Part shown: positions 47,001 to 56,932 of the stretch, in pieces
How positions within the stretch are numbered: position 1 is the stretch's first letter
Layout: the number at the start of each line of letters is the position of its first letter
IMG/VR virus record: IMGVR_UViG_3300030099_006902
DNA from: an uncultured virus (IMG/VR IMGVR_UViG_3300030099_006902)
Lineage: Duplodnaviria; Heunggongvirae; Uroviricota; Caudoviricetes
Strand: one strand, 5' to 3'
Length of the DNA: 64,000 bases
Notes under the pieces: generated by a model
Database searches by the model: none
What the model saw: only the letters and a program-made list of their open reading frames with translations
Told to the model about the DNA's origin: nothing
Translations under genes and position numbers: made by a program

Positions 47001-50000
47001 GGGTTCGCTCAGTCTTCAAATACGGTTGCCAATAAAGAACGAATTAGTTCATTCTCGTTTGTTGATCCAGAACAAGCCGCGGCAACCAATATGATTAATA
47101 TCTTATCTGAAGATGATGAGGTTTTAGAATTTTACGAAACATTACCTAACTACGTGTTTACCGTAGAAAAAAGCATGTATGCTGCAATATCAGAAGAAAT
47201 GGTTAACTTCTTCGCCGGCGCCGTCGACTTTAATAACGTTATTGGAGAACCAGTTAACCGATATAGAAGCAGATACAAAGCTCTTGAAAAATTACGTCAA
47301 TCATTTTTTGAGAGAGTAACAACTACATCTGAAGTTGAAAAATATGTAGAATATTATAAATGGTTTGATGATGCTATAAGCACAATACTTTCTCAATTAG
47401 TTCCTGCTTCAGCCGATTTTGTTGAGGATGTCCTTAATGTTGTTGAAAGTCATACATTAGAGCGAAACAAATATGAAACCAAATTCCCTACACTAGAAGC
47501 AAGAGATCCGGTAGTCGAAAGTGCAACTCACGGTTACACTGAAAAATCATATTTATATCGTTTAGGTCGATCAACAGTTCCTAGTTCACCTCGCGACACC
47601 ACTAAAAATATAGAATATTGGAAGCGCCGCGCTGAAAGAAACGCATCAGAAATTACGTCAGGCGATGCCACTATTGACAGCCAAAGAGAAATATATCGTA
47701 AAATTATTAATTCAAATCCACACCTTAGTAGAAGTGCCTCAACACTGTTTGATTCCGCTACGTCCACTGGATATTTACAAACTTCATATGCTAGAAGAAA
47801 CTTTATTAAAAACTTCTCAGAAACAGTTAATGTTATAAAGCCAATAAAAGGCGGAGTTAACTTTGAAGACAGCAAAAATATTCACTTCATTTATAATTCA
47901 GTGCACCCTGTTGGGCCAATCAATACATCTGGTAGCCTTTATGTTCCATTAAATGTTTTATTATCATTTATGGAAGATTTGGTAAAAGAAGAAGTTAATA
48001 ATGATCCAAAACTTGTTACTGAAAAAACAAAAAGATATCTAAAAGTTTTGAGTGGTCGAGATTACGAAGAGGGACAAGGCTATAGTAATGCCAAGTCCAC
48101 AATCTCGTTTCCCTTTAACATAATTAGTTCATCCATATCGACTGGTTACCAAAGACAAGTTGCAGATAGAATTAGCGCGTCAATTATGTTGACAAACTTA
48201 CATAACGATGTATATGGCCCAGACATGGAAGTCCCGATGCAGGGTCCGTTTACAAATTATGCAGTCGGTGGCCACCAATCCAGACACATAAAACTTAACA
48301 AGGGCTCAGATTCTTCTACGACTCGTCCAGAGGCGTGGAGAATATTATTGGGAACTTGCCCAGGAATACCATCAGGAGCAATAGGACTTGTCGGGCCCGA
48401 CTATCCAGATCCAAGCACAGGCCTTTCAGGGTCAGCAGCTTATCCGTATAGACCACACCAAAAAGCAGTTTACTACAGAGATATGACTGCCAAGCGGCCG
48501 GTAAATATAAAAAATATTCGCTTAACAACTGGTTCTACTATTCTTGGTAACTACTCCGAAACTTATCAGTATGTTCAAACAGTTGGCGCGTTTAATAACC
48601 CAAGACATTTTGTAGATCAACAACCCAATTTACCACAAAGAGTATTTGTAAACAATGCTACATCTTCCATGTTTGTTAGAACATTTTTAGACATGCACAG
48701 ACAAACTAATGGCCACAATACCAATGTTGACGAATATAGCACAGCATACTTAACTGGTAATATGAATAAATCTGTCATCATTAACAGATTCTCAGCCCCA
48801 GGCGGAATTGAAACACTTACTAAGGGTTATCAAGACTTCAGATCCTCAGAGTTTTCAGTATACAACGGTCTTAATAACAGAAATTTATCAGTCAGAAAAC
48901 CATGGCAAGCATCATCTGGAACCATATCAACACCAGCAACACTTGGGGATACAACAAATATTCAAGTATATGATATACACGGAAAAGATTACGGACTTAC
49001 ATCTCACTTATCTAGACATACCGCTAGGTTTGGTAGAGATTCGCTCTTTGAAACTAATCCGGGAGTTTCCTACGAAGAATTACCAGGTTTCCACAAAGTT
49101 CATCGTAACAACCTCACCCGTAAGGAGCTTTGTGACTATACAACGTGGGCAGCAGGTAACAGGCTCACTAACACTCAGGGCTTCTCTTACGACCCAGACG
49201 TTAACAGGCTAGCAACAATATGGAACAGTGATACAACTGCCACTTCAGATCTTAGAACAGCTATTCAAGATAATTCCTCGGAGGGCTTCTCCTGGTCTGG
49301 CTGGATTAAGTTTGGTGCACAAAAAACTAATCAGAGTGAAGCTATTGTTCAAATTGGAACTTATGGAGGCGCGAAAGCAAATCCAGGAATATCAGGTTCT
49401 TTTTTCCAAATTTCAAAAATTTATGAATCCGGAGCATACAAGATAAAAGTTAAATTAGCTACGCAACAAACTGGTAATAGTGCGTCAGATGGGTCTAGAC
49501 TTGAGTGGACCTGGACTTCCGGTGCTGATCTGCGCGCTGATTGGAATCATTATGTTGTTTCCTGGACACAGATAGCAGACGGTAGCTTAAATACAACTGC
49601 TGCAAAGAGAAATCTTACAATATATGTTAATGGTGTTTCACAATCTGTAGCGCTTGATGCTGGTAGTGATTATGCATTTTATGATGGTGATGCAAACTTT
49701 ATACATAACTTAAGATCACATGCGTCTATTGATGTAGCAGGCACAAGTATGATGTTGCTGGGTGGTTTGGCAAATGGTGGCGAAATTTTGTCGGCATCCA
49801 TTGATGAGTATACTTTTTGGACTAAACCATTAGATTCAACTGAAGCACAAGAACTTTACAACAGCGGAACACCGTGCGATGTAACTGCATCAACTACATA
49901 TACGTCTGCTACCGTAGATTTATGGGATTGGATTAGGTTTGAAGCTCGTGGTGGTGATAGTCAAGCAAATATTAATAATGCAAACCCTGGAATATTTGAC

Positions 50001-53000
50001 GCCAGTAATAGAATTCAAGGGTTCAAGAACGCTTTCAAGGGCGTTCCGTTAACTACCAATGGAATAAACAATGACAGCTTCTTTATAACTGATGTTAAGG
50101 CTGGCTGTGGCTCATCCACAACTGTGATACAGGGTGTTTGTGACAAGGGAACATTCGACAACTTCTATGTTCAACATCAAATTCCTCGCTCATCAAAACA
50201 ATATTCATGGATTAAATCATCTTTAGAATCAGATAATGGCTGGGTTGGCTTTACACCTAAAGACTTTTTAGTTAAACAATCAAAGCTTTTTTCCAGTTCT
50301 CAAGGTGATAAATATGTTCCAGTTTATAACTTTGCTAGTGCTAGTGACTACGGAACTTACTATAAAATATCCACCGACAAGGTCTTCTTTGGCTCTAATC
50401 AAGAACGGCTTGATGGTGATGCAGATAGAGTTCAACATCTGCCGGTTGACTTTGTTGGTTTAAACACGATTATTTATGAACCAATTACAGCATCTTCTAA
50501 CACACTTGGATACCCTACAAAAGTAAGAACAGCCGATAGCCACATTGAACCATATACAACTACAGAAAAGCCGTATTTAAATGCTTTTTATATTGACGGC
50601 GAAACTGGCACCGAGACCGGTTGGCCTGCACGTCTAGGAACACCTGTAATTTTAAACAGTATTCTTCTCAATAGAAATGGACCTTATGGCTGGCCATCCT
50701 GGAAACCACTTCGACAAGCAAATCATCCAATTATTAGAAACGAAAGAGCGACCAACACAATTACTGTTGTAGGCCCACAAGGCAACGATGACGATCTTGT
50801 AACACACAAATTCGCACCTGTATCAAATCGTGGTAAACCAAATATGGTTAGTTTTAATATTGGAAATAACTCACAAGCCCACACGTTTAAAGTTACAGAT
50901 GAAAATGAGAGAATATACTATAACTCTGTTCAAATGGATAATCAATTTGCCCCGCCTTTCAATACATTTGTTACGCCCGGTGAGCAATTAATGGCGGTTG
51001 CCAGAAGTGGCCAAAATAAAATTAATTGGGTTGTTTATCATCAACAGCTGTTCCCATCGATTAAGAATGAATTTGTTAGTAGCTCAAACAATAAAGTAAA
51101 TTATGACAATTTGTTTTGGAGGCGAAATAGAACTGATCGCAACACTGTAAATACGGTTTATGAAAGACCAACAATGCCGTCTGGATCTTACACAGCAGAA
51201 AACGCATTTGGTATTTATGTTTCACAAAGTTGTTGGCCACTAGATGCTCCATCAGACTTCTTAACAAGAAAAACATGTTTTCATAATTCAGGATCTGGCA
51301 CCGATACAACCTGGACGTCCATAGGGCCCATTGCTACTCTTGCAACAGCATCAGCTGGACAATTACAAAATGCTTATATGGGCTTAATGACTGGATCTTT
51401 TTCTAGAGAGTCCATAGATTCTGCAGGCAGTTTCCGTGGTGGTTATCAAGTTATGACTTATGCAGGCGGTATTGGGCCTCTGTATGCTAGAAAGCATGTG
51501 CTGCAAAGCCGATTTTCAGTTAGAAACCCTAACGGTCCAGAGTTGCCATTTTTCCAACTTACCGGCGCATACACGCCGGGAGATGTATCAGCGTCATTTG
51601 CATTCAGAGATGACCCGCTTAATAGTTATGTTGATGTTGGTGGCGGCGAAGCTCAATGGGAAGCTGGTCAACAAGCTGGCTACATAGGTAAATTTAGAGG
51701 CAATACAGATCCCTACACGTTAGATAGAGATTGGTCATATGGCCGTGATCTTTATGGAGAATATGGTTATCGATCAGCGGCCTCATTACAGGCTTGGTGG
51801 AGATTTAATGAAAGCTCATCGTTGGCTACAGGCCCACGTGATTCTAGTGGCAGAGGAAGACACGGAACGTTCCCAGCGGCTACAGAGGTCACTACGTTTT
51901 TATCAGGAACGAATCCCTCACCATACATACAAGATAATTGTGCGTCGTTTTTCACCACTGCCTCAGTTGATATTGGCACTGGTAATACATGGGACGCTAT
52001 TATAGGAAACAACACTGGTGGTGGTTCAACCCAACAAATGACTATTGGAGGCTGGTTTTTTAAGACAGGCGACGGCGGCGGTGGTTTTGGGCGTATCGTT
52101 AGTTTTAGTAATGGTGATATTGTAGTTTATTCAAATACCACAGACACAATACTTATGCAATTAAAATGGTCTGGCGGATCTGGATTTTCTATCTATACCA
52201 CTAAAGCAAGGGCAATTACAAAAAACACTTGGTTTCACTTAGCTGTGAGTTATGATGCAAACAGCGCTTCCAATGAGCCAAAATTTTATATTAACGGAGT
52301 GCAAGTGTATAGCGAACGCTCTGGTGGTTCCACACCTTCCGGTGGTTTTTCTGGTATCGGCACTAACGATTGTATTATTGGAGATAGAGCATCCACTGGC
52401 CGTAACTGGGACGGATATATGGCTGATTTTGCCATATGGAATTCTATCTTGACAGACAAAGAGATAGAAGCAATATATGAGCAAAGAAAAGCAGACTATG
52501 GCATTATATCAGCACCATCGCAACCATGGTTTACCGATTATGAAACTTATAGATATGATCTAAAACTAAAAGCACAAGGATACTCTGTGGTACCAGAGTT
52601 TAGAATCAGTGAGCACATAGACGATTTTCTTCTTGACGATGGTAGTCCAAATAGATATGTTGGCCTTAATTTAGAAATTCCACACGTTGCAGGAGCCAAC
52701 AGTGAAGAAGATCCAACATTTTTTACAACATATACAAACTCAGAATTCTTGAAAGATTTCTTAAGAATTAAAAACACATCGTTATTGAATGCTAAAGAAA
52801 TAAGAATATCGTGCACCGGTGCAATTAGATTTAATCCCTACAAGGGTTTTTATCCTGCACAAAGAACAGTGCAAATGGTCGAAGAATTTAAAGATTCTTA
52901 TGTCAACAATATGATGGCAACCAGTCCAAAATTCTCAGGTTTGCCAGCATACACTTGGTTTCCTGGAACCTCTTCTTTTTGGTCTGTTTTGGCTCCCGGA

Positions 53001-55856
53001 TTAAAACAATTTACTGTCTTTGGAGTACCAATTGGTAATGCCACATCAAAATCAAGATTTCTTAAGCCGTTGACTGATACGTTATTCTCTCCAGGCATAT
53101 TGTATAATACAATAAAATCAGGTATGGCTGTCGATTATCCAATCGTTACCAATCCAACTAAGTTAGATTATCAGGACGATGGTAGGGCGCAAAGAACCGG
53201 CACCACTTACAATACTTCCGCATCGTGGACCACTACGTTTAATCCTGCTTATCAAGTAACCGCCCAAGGCGCCCTTGACTATCAACCGAAATACAGCTTT
53301 TTTGATACGCGCCTTCCTTTTGAAACAATGTTGGAGCCTGAAAAATATCTAACAAATAGATCTTTTTATGACATGGAAGCTAATCCATATATGCAAGCTC
53401 ACGCAGTCACCGCTTCCTTTATTAAAAATGATTTCAAAAATGATTATAAAAAAATGGCTAACAACTTTTTTGGAAGTGTTCCAACATTTTTCCTTGAAAA
53501 CGAAGAATTTACAAGTATAAAATCGGCTCTTAATACTGATACTTTTAAATTTAAAGGAACCGAAACTTACATGATGAGGGTTGTTTTAAACCGAAGCACA
53601 ACTGGACCTCGAACATATGAACACGAAATTGATGGTTTTGGTAGAATTTATTCAAACTCTGCTGGTGTATTTACAAGTTCATTTGGTTTATATGGCGGAA
53701 GGCCGATTCTTTTTGCAGGAGCGACCTCCGGTGGCGGAACAATACCCACAGGAGCCGCCGGTTATCCTATTATGCTCTCTGGCGCCTACAATATCGGCCT
53801 TGGCGCCGCATCGAACACACCTGCTGCCTATTATGAGATACCTCAAGATCCAATATACAACCCAAGCTTCGCAGAAACATTTACAATGTATAGTAGGCCG
53901 TCAGCATTTGGGCCAGACTTACAAGGAAGACCGGGTGGAGGTGCTCATTTATTAGTGCCAACAACCCCCCCGGTCGCCGCTGCGCAAAATGTTCTGAGCG
54001 GATTAACATCAGGAGCATTAGACTCTCATGTGGGAATTAACCCAGCATATACTCCGCCTTATTATGATGGTGAAGCTTGGGTCGATTTAATATTCAGACC
54101 AAATTCTGGTTCTACATATACCTTAAAAGATATTATGGCTGAAACTAGTCCCGTTTGTTGGAGATTTGATCCAGGTCCGAGGCGTTGTTTTGTTGACTTG
54201 GGGGGGCCAACCTCGGGTTTCTCAAACGCACTTATACCAGATTATGCCAATGATGCTGATGGAAATCCGATATCCTATCTGCCTTATGGTGGTTCTCAGA
54301 TTAACTTAAATTCAATGCAATTAACATCAAGCTTTAACTTATTTGGTCTTGAAAGAGAGCAGTTTGTTGAAGTTGATAAATTTGGAAATGTATCCTCAAC
54401 CCGTCCCGGGACCACTGTAGGAGAAAGATGGGTCATCAGAACTAAGTTTGAAACTCCAATGCTAAACTTTAATTCAGCTAGTGTGACATATCCGCATCAT
54501 TATAGCCAAGAATCAACTCCAAAAGGAATGTGGCATCAGTTTGGTAAAATACCTAGTAGCAAAGAGGGAGTATTTATTGGTATTCAAGATATTCCTGATA
54601 ATTGGCTGCGAAATCATTATTTAGTCAAAGATATGAAGAGTATATATAATAATTTTACAAACGATGGCGTTGTAGATTATGAAGTTCTTTCTTTGGCCGA
54701 CTTGGTAGGATTCGACACCAAATTAAAACAAAAAATTGGTAAAATAAAGCAAAAAACCACTCTTCGTGAGGCTGTTGTGGCAATACCATACATAATTGAA
54801 AAGCCAAAACGGTTTGATCAACAAAATGATGCAAGTAAGTATAGAAAATCATTTATTGAAATTCCTAAACAAAGATACGAAGCTGCCAAGAACAAAGCAA
54901 TAGGAAGCGCTGTTGGCGACTCACTGCAAGCTGCCGGTGCCTCCATTAGTAAGCAAATACAAAAAATGGAGCGATATATATTCCCACCACAACTTGACTT
55001 TGTTAGTAACCCAGAAGGCGCTGTAGATCCTTTTGTTATGTATATATTTGAATTTAAATATGAGCTTGATAAAGATGATTTGTCATATATCTGGCAGAAC
55101 TTAGCACCAAGAGAATATCAAAAAATAGAATTTCAATATGAATCAATTGCACATGAATTAATTGACGCCGAACTTCTTAATGAAGAAACATTAGAAGAAA
55201 ACCAACAATTGCGTTGGATGGTCTTTAAGGTTAAGCAAAAAGGGCAAGATAGTTATTGGGATAAAACAGACACACAAATTGCAAAAAGACGTGATGATTC
55301 AGGCTCTAAACAAATAGCGTCCCTCAACATCAGTCAAAAATCAATTAATGATAATCTTAAGATGTTGAACACCTATAGATACTCTCACAACTGGCCATAT
55401 GACTATGTCTCGTTTGTTGAGATGATCAAAGTTAATTCTGAAATACTATTCAGCGATATGCCACAGCTTACACAACTTAGAGGCGAAATGCAAATGGCTG
55501 ATTTGAGTAAATCAAAAGTAGGAACACTCAAGTTACAAAAAATGGTTAACCCAGTTGTCGCGCCGTTTGCATCAAGTGTATTAAAATTTAATCCTATTGG
55601 TTCTCTTAAGGGTGCAAAATTAAGCAGAGCCAAGAAAGAGTTTGCTAGTAAGAAAGCACGTAAAATGAGCAAGAGAACAAAGAAAGCTGGAACAGCAGAA
55701 ATGATCCCAACATCGAGAAAAGGTGGCAAAAAAGGAAAATCAAGAGGCAGTTCTGGTGGTGGAACCGGAACTGATATAATGTTTGGTAACAACCGCGGTG
55801 GCAACCAAGGTGGTGGTGGCAGTGGTGGTAATTCTGGTGGAGGTTCTAGTTACTAG
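44046..55856 (+). CDS. 3936-aa giant baseplate/tail protein with several LamG (concanavalin A-like) domains
   Basis: YKSKGTEKSIR (wedge/tail-I-like); LamG signatures TVEFW..WHHYA..LYVDG..IDDFRFW, SWSGWIK..WNHYVV..IYVNG..IDEYTFW, TIGGWF..WFHLAV..FYING..DFAIWN. Confidence 0.85.
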   Translation: MSIKKLFDKSRKDSRNFSDYSTDKETFDEVESSRNAESIQQEKRTYVPQVDYSEPKNFIKFGSAELFYSGALNRIIDYYPYDGSEAERNEFYNKLFDGEKYIFDNLYPRYNGFAILGANGVTYSLKTADGYGRPAAASTEYISFKGGPGTGSGGTLSAISPNPFNNKKQVSNIYDKTIYKTAGLPSDYGTGTRESNLKSNFDTGVTVEFWLKKQSFLTASTSKEVIFDLWNSNLSSSTSYGRLTIELTGAATGSPFTITAQSGTVSSSIFAQSIGSSITTGSLEAWHHYAFRFYNSGSSFMAKLYVDGKINDTKTYSSRRLGEISNSTMLGRIGALMTSPSGSSAIAGDGTLSASIDDFRFWKTNRNARQIGINYFTAVGGGANTDISNADLGVYYKFNEGITNNSSVDSIVLDYAGRVTNAVWTGYDTSSRNTGSAIILASAAEREYKDPVVRRNHPNFIQLRSDLYETGSSYDMSNNAAFLNYAPSWVLDAHDNTENKNLKNLSHIVGTYFDKIYLLGKELPKIRHLNYTTASNSPVPFASHMPTSMGLYVPELFVDASILENLYDRTDTELFESKLNEIKNLIYLNLYNNITNIYKSKGTEKSIRNVFRCFNIDDSLIKMNVYNKNATYEVKTNLKQAVIEKSMINFNNAYNTEAVVYQAADSTNPESRGYISGSTGDGSATGPEEYNGATIEADIMFPRFFLSKDKFARNFQDVSLFGIHTVDTGSADSLTGVDTKLLAGGVDYANFQVFAVRDEAFSDNVYFKLTSSNSPYPLPELTSSVYFDVYDESRWNISVRIKPKDYPNAGMVSGSLSNSYDVIFKGVNADLGVVKNSFELTGTLTNTVGAAFLRAPKRMYVGARRENITGAIQQKTDVLALACRYWTKYLDNTSLELHAHGEENVGVTDSYRMMRPIDPFIGTSANTELTNKNTLALSWNFDNVTASTATGTFTVNDYSSGSYSLRQNYGWLGKIVGYQHNAKGFGFAQSSNTVANKERISSFSFVDPEQAAATNMINILSEDDEVLEFYETLPNYVFTVEKSMYAAISEEMVNFFAGAVDFNNVIGEPVNRYRSRYKALEKLRQSFFERVTTTSEVEKYVEYYKWFDDAISTILSQLVPASADFVEDVLNVVESHTLERNKYETKFPTLEARDPVVESATHGYTEKSYLYRLGRSTVPSSPRDTTKNIEYWKRRAERNASEITSGDATIDSQREIYRKIINSNPHLSRSASTLFDSATSTGYLQTSYARRNFIKNFSETVNVIKPIKGGVNFEDSKNIHFIYNSVHPVGPINTSGSLYVPLNVLLSFMEDLVKEEVNNDPKLVTEKTKRYLKVLSGRDYEEGQGYSNAKSTISFPFNIISSSISTGYQRQVADRISASIMLTNLHNDVYGPDMEVPMQGPFTNYAVGGHQSRHIKLNKGSDSSTTRPEAWRILLGTCPGIPSGAIGLVGPDYPDPSTGLSGSAAYPYRPHQKAVYYRDMTAKRPVNIKNIRLTTGSTILGNYSETYQYVQTVGAFNNPRHFVDQQPNLPQRVFVNNATSSMFVRTFLDMHRQTNGHNTNVDEYSTAYLTGNMNKSVIINRFSAPGGIETLTKGYQDFRSSEFSVYNGLNNRNLSVRKPWQASSGTISTPATLGDTTNIQVYDIHGKDYGLTSHLSRHTARFGRDSLFETNPGVSYEELPGFHKVHRNNLTRKELCDYTTWAAGNRLTNTQGFSYDPDVNRLATIWNSDTTATSDLRTAIQDNSSEGFSWSGWIKFGAQKTNQSEAIVQIGTYGGAKANPGISGSFFQISKIYESGAYKIKVKLATQQTGNSASDGSRLEWTWTSGADLRADWNHYVVSWTQIADGSLNTTAAKRNLTIYVNGVSQSVALDAGSDYAFYDGDANFIHNLRSHASIDVAGTSMMLLGGLANGGEILSASIDEYTFWTKPLDSTEAQELYNSGTPCDVTASTTYTSATVDLWDWIRFEARGGDSQANINNANPGIFDASNRIQGFKNAFKGVPLTTNGINNDSFFITDVKAGCGSSTTVIQGVCDKGTFDNFYVQHQIPRSSKQYSWIKSSLESDNGWVGFTPKDFLVKQSKLFSSSQGDKYVPVYNFASASDYGTYYKISTDKVFFGSNQERLDGDADRVQHLPVDFVGLNTIIYEPITASSNTLGYPTKVRTADSHIEPYTTTEKPYLNAFYIDGETGTETGWPARLGTPVILNSILLNRNGPYGWPSWKPLRQANHPIIRNERATNTITVVGPQGNDDDLVTHKFAPVSNRGKPNMVSFNIGNNSQAHTFKVTDENERIYYNSVQMDNQFAPPFNTFVTPGEQLMAVARSGQNKINWVVYHQQLFPSIKNEFVSSSNNKVNYDNLFWRRNRTDRNTVNTVYERPTMPSGSYTAENAFGIYVSQSCWPLDAPSDFLTRKTCFHNSGSGTDTTWTSIGPIATLATASAGQLQNAYMGLMTGSFSRESIDSAGSFRGGYQVMTYAGGIGPLYARKHVLQSRFSVRNPNGPELPFFQLTGAYTPGDVSASFAFRDDPLNSYVDVGGGEAQWEAGQQAGYIGKFRGNTDPYTLDRDWSYGRDLYGEYGYRSAASLQAWWRFNESSSLATGPRDSSGRGRHGTFPAATEVTTFLSGTNPSPYIQDNCASFFTTASVDIGTGNTWDAIIGNNTGGGSTQQMTIGGWFFKTGDGGGGFGRIVSFSNGDIVVYSNTTDTILMQLKWSGGSGFSIYTTKARAITKNTWFHLAVSYDANSASNEPKFYINGVQVYSERSGGSTPSGGFSGIGTNDCIIGDRASTGRNWDGYMADFAIWNSILTDKEIEAIYEQRKADYGIISAPSQPWFTDYETYRYDLKLKAQGYSVVPEFRISEHIDDFLLDDGSPNRYVGLNLEIPHVAGANSEEDPTFFTTYTNSEFLKDFLRIKNTSLLNAKEIRISCTGAIRFNPYKGFYPAQRTVQMVEEFKDSYVNNMMATSPKFSGLPAYTWFPGTSSFWSVLAPGLKQFTVFGVPIGNATSKSRFLKPLTDTLFSPGILYNTIKSGMAVDYPIVTNPTKLDYQDDGRAQRTGTTYNTSASWTTTFNPAYQVTAQGALDYQPKYSFFDTRLPFETMLEPEKYLTNRSFYDMEANPYMQAHAVTASFIKNDFKNDYKKMANNFFGSVPTFFLENEEFTSIKSALNTDTFKFKGTETYMMRVVLNRSTTGPRTYEHEIDGFGRIYSNSAGVFTSSFGLYGGRPILFAGATSGGGTIPTGAAGYPIMLSGAYNIGLGAASNTPAAYYEIPQDPIYNPSFAETFTMYSRPSAFGPDLQGRPGGGAHLLVPTTPPVAAAQNVLSGLTSGALDSHVGINPAYTPPYYDGEAWVDLIFRPNSGSTYTLKDIMAETSPVCWRFDPGPRRCFVDLGGPTSGFSNALIPDYANDADGNPISYLPYGGSQINLNSMQLTSSFNLFGLEREQFVEVDKFGNVSSTRPGTTVGERWVIRTKFETPMLNFNSASVTYPHHYSQESTPKGMWHQFGKIPSSKEGVFIGIQDIPDNWLRNHYLVKDMKSIYNNFTNDGVVDYEVLSLADLVGFDTKLKQKIGKIKQKTTLREAVVAIPYIIEKPKRFDQQNDASKYRKSFIEIPKQRYEAAKNKAIGSAVGDSLQAAGASISKQIQKMERYIFPPQLDFVSNPEGAVDPFVMYIFEFKYELDKDDLSYIWQNLAPREYQKIEFQYESIAHELIDAELLNEETLEENQQLRWMVFKVKQKGQDSYWDKTDTQIAKRRDDSGSKQIASLNISQKSINDNLKMLNTYRYSHNWPYDYVSFVEMIKVNSEILFSDMPQLTQLRGEMQMADLSKSKVGTLKLQKMVNPVVAPFASSVLKFNPIGSLKGAKLSRAKKEFASKKARKMSKRTKKAGTAEMIPTSRKGGKKGKSRGSSGGGTGTDIMFGNNRGGNQGGGGSGGNSGGGSSY

Positions 55857-55867
55857 AGGTTTGAAAA

Positions 55868-56932
55868 ATGGCAAAGTTTTTAAATAAAAAAGAACAGGTA
55901 TACGATTTCAAATTAACTTCGTATGGTCACTATTTGTTGTCTAATGGGACATTCGATCCTAAATATTATGGTTTTTTTGATGATAATATAATTTATGATG
56001 GCAAGTATGCTAGCATAACAGAAAATCAAAACGATGCACATGAAAGAATCAAAGACAATACTGCGTATATTGAAAGCCTTGTTTTGTTTGAAGAAGTAGA
56101 AAAGTCGCCAAACACTCTTGTAGAGAAATCGGATCCCTTCGGAGGCGACTCAACAACATTAAGAGATCCTGGACAAAGATACTTTGAAGTAGATTATATA
56201 CCTACAAACTTAAAGCCAAGAAAAGATATATTTAGATTTGAGCATATGATTGGCGATGCGCTCCTTGAAGGTGAAAAGCAGGTTGCCCCAGCTTGGAAGC
56301 TTGTAACTTTAAAGGGGCAGATATCTTCTTCAACTAAGCGTGACACTAAGAATGATGTTTTAATTCCACAGATAAATATAGATGTAAACTATGAACTAAA
56401 AATACATGACAGAGCTTCAAAAAATATGGTAGAAAACACATCAATTAACCAAGCAGAAATGCAGACAAGATCATTTTCTGATAATAAATTTATAAAATTA
56501 GAACAAGATGATACAATTTTATATTTAGAAGAGCTAAATACAATTTTATTAAACGAAAATTATGATGTAGAGGTGTTTGAAATTAATATTGATGCATTCG
56601 ACCCCACGTATACTGGTGGAAACAAAACAGATGAACTTATAAGAAAAACTTTTGTGAAAGACTTTTTATCAATAAAAGATGGCTTAATAACGGAAGAATA
56701 TTTTACGGGATATGACAATATTCCTATGGAAACAAACAATACTCAAGTTGAATATTTCTTTAACTTAAGAACAGACGAACAAGTTAGTCACAAAGATGCT
56801 TGCAAAGGTTTAGAATTATTTTCAAAAGAATCATATTATATTGATTTGGACTTTGATTGTGAACAAACAGAAGCTGAAAGTGTATACTATGATATATATG
56901 GACCAGTAACGGAGCCAGAAATATGCCCATGA
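55868..56932 (+). CDS. Putative virion structural protein
   Basis: GAGG SD; DFKLTSYG..L..G..YYGFFDDNIIYD; structural-module context. Confidence 0.75.
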   Translation: MAKFLNKKEQVYDFKLTSYGHYLLSNGTFDPKYYGFFDDNIIYDGKYASITENQNDAHERIKDNTAYIESLVLFEEVEKSPNTLVEKSDPFGGDSTTLRDPGQRYFEVDYIPTNLKPRKDIFRFEHMIGDALLEGEKQVAPAWKLVTLKGQISSSTKRDTKNDVLIPQINIDVNYELKIHDRASKNMVENTSINQAEMQTRSFSDNKFIKLEQDDTILYLEELNTILLNENYDVEVFEINIDAFDPTYTGGNKTDELIRKTFVKDFLSIKDGLITEEYFTGYDNIPMETNNTQVEYFFNLRTDEQVSHKDACKGLELFSKESYYIDLDFDCEQTEAESVYYDIYGPVTEPEICP

